The translations under genes were made by a program, and so were the position numbers. The notes below the pieces were generated by a model. The model was given only the letters and a program-made list of their open reading frames with translations. It ran no database searches and had not been told where the DNA came from. DNA of 33,198 nt from a virus (taxonomy: Duplodnaviria > Caudoviricetes): positions 1 to 33,198 of IMG/VR virus record IMGVR_UViG_3300017766_004540. One strand, written 5' to 3'. Below are positions 27,900-33,198 of the stretch, one piece after another (the stretch's first letter is position 1; each line of letters starts with the position of its first letter).

Positions 27900-28145
27900 A
27901 TGATTTATGAAGATTGTGGTGGTAAAATATTTGCTTATTTTACTGCAACACGTCTATTTGACGTATCATGGTGGTCGCATGATTATACCTATATGATTAA
28001 TGAATGGGTAAAATTTATATCATATTTGGATATGGGTATTGAATTTGTGCAATTTAATAGATCTAAAAAATATAATGTTTATGATGCATATGAAGTCATA
28101 GATGAAAAGAAATGGTTATTAAGTAAAATAAAATATGCATTATAA
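27900..28145 (+). CDS. KLKYG-array paralog 1
   Basis: ATG 27900 (MIYEDC..); ends YEVIDEKKWLLSKIKYAL. Confidence 0.8.
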   Translation: MIYEDCGGKIFAYFTATRLFDVSWWSHDYTYMINEWVKFISYLDMGIEFVQFNRSKKYNVYDAYEVIDEKKWLLSKIKYAL

Positions 28146-28356
28146 TGACAATGATCATGTTTTATCTAAAATCTTTTATAAAGATTATTGTGAGTGGTAC
28201 CACTCTTTATTAAAGATGCAGAGTTTAACCCAGAAATCTAGCTTTGCAGATTTTATTGATGAAAAAGATATTGGCCTTTTACATATCAAATTTTTAATAT
28301 ATGAAATCATAGATGAAAAGAAATGGTTATTAGCTAAGTTGAAATATGGAATTTGA
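28135..28356 (+). CDS. KLKYG-array paralog 2
   Basis: 11-nt overlap with previous gene; ends IIDEKKWLLAKLKYGI. Confidence 0.85.
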   Translation: MHYNDNDHVLSKIFYKDYCEWYHSLLKMQSLTQKSSFADFIDEKDIGLLHIKFLIYEIIDEKKWLLAKLKYGI

Positions 28357-28579
28357 TTATACGTTTATCCCGCGCGTTTATGATCTCTTTAAAAGGGATT
28401 GGAAATGTAGTAAAGAATTCTATTCTGAATTCATAAAATCAAAAGATTTCGGTATAGAGACCAATCATACGCTAAAAGAGACAGAAATGCAAAATGGTAA
28501 CGAACAGTTATATACAGACTATTATAAAATAGTAGATGAAAAGAAATGGTTATTAACTAAGTTGAAATATGGAATTTAA
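28346..28579 (+). CDS. KLKYG-array paralog 3
   Basis: 11-nt overlap; ends IVDEKKWLLTKLKYGI. Confidence 0.85.
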   Translation: MEFDYTFIPRVYDLFKRDWKCSKEFYSEFIKSKDFGIETNHTLKETEMQNGNEQLYTDYYKIVDEKKWLLTKLKYGI

Positions 28580-28778
28580 AGATTATCCTGGTAATATATA
28601 TGATATTCTTTACAAAGAATGGAATTGGAAACAAATTCCAACATGGAAGTCCTTTATCGATTCAAAAAATTTAGGCATTGAATTTATGTCTAAGCCCGGG
28701 CCATGGCCACTAGTCCATAACTATAAAATAGTAGATGAAAAGAAATGGTTATTAACCAAGTTGAAATATGGATTTTGA
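28569..28778 (+). CDS. KLKYG-array paralog 4
   Basis: 11-nt overlap; ends IVDEKKWLLTKLKYGF. Confidence 0.85.
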   Translation: MEFKDYPGNIYDILYKEWNWKQIPTWKSFIDSKNLGIEFMSKPGPWPLVHNYKIVDEKKWLLTKLKYGF

Positions 28779-28974
28779 TTTTCAAGATGTAAATGACACA
28801 ATTTATCTTGCTCTTAGAGAAGAATTCTATTCTCTCTCATATAAAAAATTCGGATGGCATTCATTTATAACTTATAAAGACTTAGGTATTAATTGTGTTA
28901 ATTATTATAGCAATCTTTATAAAATTGTAGATCATAAGAAGTGGTTACTTGCTAAACTCAAATATGGAATTTGA
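28768..28974 (+). CDS. KLKYG-array paralog 5
   Basis: 11-nt overlap; ends IVDHKKWLLAKLKYGI. Confidence 0.85.
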   Translation: MDFDFQDVNDTIYLALREEFYSLSYKKFGWHSFITYKDLGINCVNYYSNLYKIVDHKKWLLAKLKYGI

Positions 28975-29158
28975 AGATACAACGGGTAAAATTTATACTA
29001 CTCTTGCAGATGAATTTAGAGACTTTAAAGGGTTATGGCAAGAGTTTCTTCAATCAAAAAATCTTGGTATATCTTTTATTCTAAAAGACTGGGGTCATTA
29101 CTATACTATAGTAGATGAGAAGAAATGGCTTCTCGCGCGATTAAAGTATGGAATTTGA
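28964..29158 (+). CDS. KLKYG-array paralog 6
   Basis: ATG 28964 (MEFEDT..) gives the 11-nt overlap; ends IVDEKKWLLARLKYGI. Confidence 0.85.
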   Translation: MEFEDTTGKIYTTLADEFRDFKGLWQEFLQSKNLGISFILKDWGHYYTIVDEKKWLLARLKYGI

Positions 29159-29438
29159 TTATAATCTTCATATAGACGATATGAATCTATTCAATCAATG
29201 TATTGATAATGGTACTTTTGTTTTTATTCCTGAGATCTATGACTTCTTTCAAAAAGAGTATATAAAGTCTAGACCTGGGCCTTACTGGAAAGGTTTTATC
29301 TTTAATAAAGATATTGGCGTAGTACCTTGCGTCAGCCATTCAAATGAAAAAATGTATAAACACTCTATACATTCTGATTATTATTATATAATAGATAAAC
29401 ACAAATGGTTACTCTCTAAGTTAAAATATGGAATCTGA
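29148..29438 (+). CDS. KLKYG-array paralog 7
   Basis: 11-nt overlap; ends IIDKHKWLLSKLKYGI. Confidence 0.85.
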   Translation: MEFDYNLHIDDMNLFNQCIDNGTFVFIPEIYDFFQKEYIKSRPGPYWKGFIFNKDIGVVPCVSHSNEKMYKHSIHSDYYYIIDKHKWLLSKLKYGI

Positions 29439-29658
29439 AATTAATCATATCTCAATTTTTAATGCTCTAATATCTCAATACAGAGTGATAAAAACACACC
29501 CCCAACAATGTAGTACTACTGAACTTTGGCAAAATTATATTAATAGTTTGGATTTAGGAATTGAATGCATTCATTCTTTTGATGAACCAGAAAATGATGA
29601 ATATAGAATCATTGACGAGAAAAAATGGTTACTCTCTAAGTTAAAGTATGGAATCTGA
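29428..29658 (+). CDS. KLKYG-array paralog 8
   Basis: 11-nt overlap; 3' 100 nt identical to paralog 9. Confidence 0.85.
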   Translation: MESEINHISIFNALISQYRVIKTHPQQCSTTELWQNYINSLDLGIECIHSFDEPENDEYRIIDEKKWLLSKLKYGI

Positions 29659-29881
29659 TATTGACCCTGATATTATATTTGACACATTTTGTTCTGATTG
29701 GTACAAAATAGATAAACCAAAAAGTCCGAAGAATAATATGCGTCTTTTATGGAAAAAATTTATTAAAAGTCTTAATTTAGGAATTGAATGCATTCATTCT
29801 TTTGATGAACCAGAAAATGATGAATATAGAATCATTGACGAGAAAAAATGGTTACTCTCTAAGTTAAAGTATGGTTTATAA
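29648..29881 (+). CDS. KLKYG-array paralog 9
   Basis: 11-nt overlap; 3' 100 nt identical to paralog 8. Confidence 0.85.
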   Translation: MESDIDPDIIFDTFCSDWYKIDKPKSPKNNMRLLWKKFIKSLNLGIECIHSFDEPENDEYRIIDEKKWLLSKLKYGL

Positions 29882-30119
29882 AACATGCGCCAAAACATTT
29901 ATATATCATCCTATTAATATGGAATGGGGTAAGCAGAGGAGTAAGAATATTATTTTTAATGAAGATACATTTAATGAATTCTTATCAGACGTTTTTGGTC
30001 TGCGTTATAATTTTAAATTGTTTCATGAGACTAAAACACCCGAGGCATACCATAATCATGAGTTTGATATTATCGAAGAAAAGAAGTTTCTTTTAGCAAA
30101 GTTAAAGTATGGATTCTAA
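29871..30119 (+). CDS. KLKYG-array paralog 10 (MVYKT/HPIN subtype)
   Basis: 11-nt overlap; ends EFDIIEEKKFLLAKLKYGF. Confidence 0.85.
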   Translation: MVYKTCAKTFIYHPINMEWGKQRSKNIIFNEDTFNEFLSDVFGLRYNFKLFHETKTPEAYHNHEFDIIEEKKFLLAKLKYGF

Positions 30120-30315
30120 TTATATACAATCAGATTTAATTTCTGATAAGCTAGTCCATATTTGGCGTAAATCAAATATTAATCACTACTATGATTTCAT
30201 GAAACATTTAGATATTGGCATCGTACCTGTTGGATCTGATACAGTGATCACCGGTGAATATAAAATCGTAAATGAAAAGAAATGGCTACTCTCTAAGTTA
30301 AAGTATGGAATCTAA
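30109..30315 (+). CDS. KLKYG-array paralog 11
   Basis: 11-nt overlap; ends IVNEKKWLLSKLKYGI. Confidence 0.85.
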   Translation: MDSNYIQSDLISDKLVHIWRKSNINHYYDFMKHLDIGIVPVGSDTVITGEYKIVNEKKWLLSKLKYGI

Positions 30316-30556
30316 TAAATTAGATAATAATACAATCCATTGTTACAATATCTGGATTCATTTTGTGCCCTCAGAAACTTGGTTGAATTATAGAGATTAT
30401 AACTATTATAGAGATTATAACTATACTAATAATATTTGGGCAAAATTTATTGACCACCTAAACATAGGAATAAAATGCTTGCAAGGAAAACCCGACTACT
30501 ATCAAATAACAGATGAAAAGAAATGGCTACTAGCTAAGTTAAAGTATGGTTTATAA
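30305..30556 (+). CDS. KLKYG-array paralog 12
   Basis: 11-nt overlap; internal YRDYNY x2; ends ITDEKKWLLAKLKYGL. Confidence 0.85.
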   Translation: MESNKLDNNTIHCYNIWIHFVPSETWLNYRDYNYYRDYNYTNNIWAKFIDHLNIGIKCLQGKPDYYQITDEKKWLLAKLKYGL

Positions 30557-30827
30557 AACAAGTTCTAATACATTTTACAAACATCCTATTAATCGAGAAT
30601 GGGAAAATTATAATAAATTCACAGCTGAACAAATTTTATTCGAAAATTTATACCGAGGCGATTTATTCAATAAATTCTTAATGACTCATTTCGGATTACA
30701 TTTTAATTTTGAAATCTTCGATAGAATAAAAACACTTCCGGGATTTGATATGGAAACATATACCTATGAATTTGATATTCTGAATAGTGAGAAGTTCCTT
30801 TTAGCTAAGTTAAAGTATGGATTATAA
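30546..30827 (+). CDS. KLKYG-array paralog 13 (MVYKT/HPIN subtype)
   Basis: 11-nt overlap; ends EFDILNSEKFLLAKLKYGL. Confidence 0.85.
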   Translation: MVYKTSSNTFYKHPINREWENYNKFTAEQILFENLYRGDLFNKFLMTHFGLHFNFEIFDRIKTLPGFDMETYTYEFDILNSEKFLLAKLKYGL

Positions 30828-31116
30828 ACCTTATGAATACGAAGATAGTAGTAGGGTAGATGAAGCTCTTTGTGATCTTTTTTTAGATCAATTTATCAAA
30901 CAACATGGGATACCTAATGGAAATGGTATTGATGGATGGTGTAATTTCATTAATAAATTGAACCTCGGAATCCGTGCAGAGCCTCGCGATCTATCCGGAA
31001 AAAATACTTCAGTAATCAGTGAGAATTGGATTTATACAGTAATAGATCTTAAGACTTGGTTCTTAACTCAACTCAAATACGGGTTGACTTTTCGAAATCC
31101 TGAACCAAAAGAATAG
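30817..31116 (+). CDS. KLKYG-array paralog 14 (terminal, degenerate junction)
   Basis: 11-nt overlap; VIDLKTWFLTQLKYGLTFRNPEPKE; TAC codon removes the nested ATG. Confidence 0.8.
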   Translation: MDYKPYEYEDSSRVDEALCDLFLDQFIKQHGIPNGNGIDGWCNFINKLNLGIRAEPRDLSGKNTSVISENWIYTVIDLKTWFLTQLKYGLTFRNPEPKE

Positions 31117-31200
31117 TCTTCACTCATTCGATCTATCACATCTATATTTCTAGTAGGGAATATAGAATCTCGGAGAACAACGGCCCTTCGCGCGCTTATA

Positions 31201-31390
31201 GGAAATCGAGAGGATTTTTAGAAAAAAAAATTTTTGGTTCGGAGGTCTTCGGAAGGCCATTAAGGAAATCGGAGGGATTTATAAAAAAAAAATTTTGAGA
31301 TTCGGAGACTTGCCCCAGGCCGCGAATGGTCTCGACAGGCATCGAAAGGCCTTAAAGGAAATTCTAAGATTTGTATAAAAAAATTGGGCA
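31201..31390. repeat. Three imperfect non-coding direct repeats with A-tract/T-tract core
   Basis: GGAAAT..GATTT..TA.AAAAAAA(AA)TT.. at 31201, 31264 and 31357; first two continue TTCGGAG. Confidence 0.7.
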
Positions 31391-31533
31391 TGCCCCCTCT
31401 ACCGGCCACTTCCGCCTTCTTTGTATATAACACTATTTAAATACTCTCTCTTGTCTAGAGAAGCGGTAGTCTACTAGACTGTATAGTCTATAGATCATAC
31501 ACCTATTAATTTAGGTAAAAATAAATATGACGT

Positions 31534-32202
31534 ATGATATTTAAATGCGAGCAATGCAATAAAACATTTCGAAATAATATGTCATTGAATGGTCATAAAG
31601 CATGGCATGTTAAGCGTTCAGGTAAAGACATTGCGTCTGCTATTCAACGAAACAAACAAAGATTGGAAAGGAATAAACAATTATACTACGCTGATCCACG
31701 CCGGTGCAATCAATGTCATGAGATTATTTGTTATGAAAAAGCAATACAAAAGCGCAGCGAAAATATTTATTGTAATAGTTCATGCGCAGCCTCTTATAAC
31801 AATGTACATAAGAAATATGGTACTAGGATATCAAAATTAGAAACGTGGCTAGCCTCAAAATTGAATACAATGTTTCCACAATTAGAAATACATTATAATA
31901 GAAAGGATGTCATAATGTCCGAGCTAGATATTTTCATTCCTGCTTTACAGCTAGCATTTGAATTAAACGGTGTGCATCATTATAAACCAATCCATGGCTG
32001 CATTAAATTAAATAGGATTCAACGGAATGATAACCTTAAGGTTTTGGCATGTATTAAACATAATATCCAATTGCATGTCATTGATACATCTCAACATAAT
32101 TATGTTAAAGAATCAACATGCATACCTTACCTCCACCAGATTGCAGAGGTCATTAAAAAGAAACTCCCGGAGTTGGACTCGAACCAACAACCGTTCGGTT
32201 AA
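31534..32202 (+). CDS. Free-standing homing-endonuclease-like protein (Zn fingers plus PD-(D/E)xK/Vsr-like nuclease)
   Basis: N-terminal C2H2 (CEQC..L.GH..WH), CNQC..YCNSSCAASYNN, SKLE, ELDIFIP..LAFELNG.HHY, D..K...C. Confidence 0.75.
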   Translation: MIFKCEQCNKTFRNNMSLNGHKAWHVKRSGKDIASAIQRNKQRLERNKQLYYADPRRCNQCHEIICYEKAIQKRSENIYCNSSCAASYNNVHKKYGTRISKLETWLASKLNTMFPQLEIHYNRKDVIMSELDIFIPALQLAFELNGVHHYKPIHGCIKLNRIQRNDNLKVLACIKHNIQLHVIDTSQHNYVKESTCIPYLHQIAEVIKKKLPELDSNQQPFG

Positions 32203-32235
32203 CAGCCGAATGCTCTACCATTGAGCTATCCAGGA
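32164..32235 (-). tRNA. tRNA-Asn(GUU), no encoded CCA
   Basis: TCCTGGA-TAGCTCAATGGTAGAGC-A-TTCGG-CTGTTAA-CCGAA-CGGTT-GTTGG-TTCGAGT-CCAAC-TCCGGGA-G. Confidence 0.92.
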
Positions 32236-32295
32236 TTCGTTTCACGGTGACATTTATTTACGTCTCCGAATTAAACAGGCAACAATTATTAAGCC

Positions 32296-32670
32296 TTAAA
32301 GATAGCCCATGCTCATTGAGATCTGATCATTAGCCTCTTGCTTCTTTCGTTTTTCTTCTTCTTGCTTATAAGCCTCAATCATCTTTGCAAATAGCTCTTC
32401 AGTCTTCTCTTCATTATCCCTATAGGAATAGCCTTCCTTAATTACTTCTGCAGCTTTACCTTCCCAAGTGAACTGTTGGCAATAACCAATCTCAGTTCGA
32501 ACAGGCTCATGAACACAGATCACATTCTTCTTAATGAGACTAGAGATCACTCCGCGAGCCTTCCTAGGATCTAGATCATGCTCATCAGTGTATCCAAAGT
32601 CATGACCATTCCCCAAAGCAGAATAGTAAAAGCTCTTCAATAGTTCTAGTTCGTTATCTGTAAATGTCAT
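32296..32670 (-). CDS. Hypothetical protein (possible winged helix)
   Basis: T..E.ELL and ARGVISSLIKKNVI pattern. Confidence 0.6.
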   Translation of the reverse strand: MTFTDNELELLKSFYYSALGNGHDFGYTDEHDLDPRKARGVISSLIKKNVICVHEPVRTEIGYCQQFTWEGKAAEVIKEGYSYRDNEEKTEELFAKMIEAYKQEEEKRKKQEANDQISMSMGYL

Positions 32671-32674
32671 AATG

Positions 32675-33061
32675 TTAATAAGCGTTCTTTCGAAAGGTTT
32701 CTTTTCTATTTAGATAATACACAAACTCTTCATTCTTTTCAGAGTACTTGATCGTAAAGCGATAATACTTGTTGAGCTTAAAAGGTTCTTTGTTCTCATT
32801 AAACCGAGGAGGTTCCTCTAAGGATACATTACCATCCAAACGTTCTATTTCTTCATCTGTTACAGTGGCGTATAAAGATTGTTTAGTATCTGACCATTGA
32901 TAGAAGTCTTGAATGTACTTTCCTTCTCCGCATGAGAACTCTATGTCAAAAGCTTCTTCGATATGCTCAACACTACCGCATGCTTTATGGAGCGTGTTGT
33001 ATTGCTCTTCATCCCAATCATCTGCTGGGAACTTTAGGTAGATGTCAAGCTGAGTAGTCAT
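32675..33061 (-). CDS. Hypothetical acidic protein
   Basis: 128 aa ORF ending 4 nt before the next start codon. Confidence 0.6.
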   Translation of the reverse strand: MTTQLDIYLKFPADDWDEEQYNTLHKACGSVEHIEEAFDIEFSCGEGKYIQDFYQWSDTKQSLYATVTDEEIERLDGNVSLEEPPRFNENKEPFKLNKYYRFTIKYSEKNEEFVYYLNRKETFRKNAY

Positions 33062-33198
33062 AAGTTCTTCTACTTTATTATTTTAATGGGTTTCGGAAAA
33101 CCAATGGCTAGCCAATTACTTCAGTTACAGTAGTCTGTTTGATAAACCGATGCTTCTTCTTCGTTTTGAGATCTTCGTAAGCCTCATAGGCCTCAAGA

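Larger units (their letters stand above)
28101..31083 (+). repeat. 14 dispersed copies of a ~45-nt coding junction repeat (consensus GATGAAAAGAAATGGTTAYTNDCTAAGTTRAARTATGGNNTNTRA)
   Basis: Present at the 3' end of every array ORF; period 184-280 nt; last copy degenerate. Confidence 0.9.

Noticed and set aside
8383-28963. Upstream TTG starts given by the track (8383, 18774, 24263, 25315, 25415, 27822, 28949)
   Set aside because: In-frame ATG/GTG codons downstream fit the promoter spacing, gene overlaps or family N-termini better.
28101-31083. CRISPR array interpretation of the repeat-spacer pattern
   Set aside because: Spacers are ~140-235 nt, homologous to each other and open in frame; repeat variation is mostly at synonymous positions; repeats are not palindromic; no cas genes in the window.
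27900-31116. Diversity-generating retroelement, integron or shufflon
   Set aside because: No reverse transcriptase or tyrosine recombinase in the window, no adenine-specific TR/VR pair, no attC-like palindromes, and all units are in direct orientation with no intergenic space.
27900-31116. One frameshift-riddled repeat-protein pseudogene or sequencing artefact
   Set aside because: The frame change occurs at the same position in all 13 junctions with a precise ATG and stop (both TAA and TGA used), which random decay or error would not produce.
10-32224. Short antisense or alternate-frame ORFs in the track (e.g. 10-267, 745-1008, 2682-3119, 8629-8964, 9539-9961, 11095-11439, 14859-15098, 19533-19877, 26691-26906, 31589-31840)
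   Set aside because: They lie inside well-supported genes or tRNAs, lack recognisable motifs and lack the promoter-start signature; treated as shadow ORFs.
1-33198. Alternative genetic code (stop-codon reassignment)
   Set aside because: Core genes are full length in code 11, TAA, TGA and TAG all end genes at sensible positions, and no suppressor tRNA is seen.

Overview
AT-rich segment of a large T4-like (myovirus) phage genome. 1-10.3 kb holds a DinG/Rad3-type helicase and a rearranged head/neck module (gp15, gp20 portal, gp13, gp4, gp21, gp22, gp23 major capsid). 10.3-25 kb holds class Ia RNR (nrdA/nrdB), purine PRTase, NadR-type kinase, TGT/DpdA-like protein, GMP reductase, ClpP-like protease, Hsp20, a two-gene gp5-like hub/spike, a holin-like plus TM-PAS pair and several small basic candidate internal head proteins. 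There are two tRNAs (an unusual long-variable-arm Thr-UGU and Asn-GUU) and a homing-endonuclease-like gene. The most striking element is a 3.2 kb chain of 14 small paralogous genes (27900-31116). Their conserved 3' end encodes IDEKKWLLxKLKYG and also supplies the ATG of the next gene with an invariant 11-nt overlap. The array has a sigma70-type leaderless promoter inside a perfect palindrome, a degenerate last unit and signs of recent recombination. Across the window, start codons sit mostly 5-6 nt after TAAATA (late) or TATAAT (early) boxes, implying pervasive leaderless mRNAs. All protein calls come from motif recognition, not database searches.
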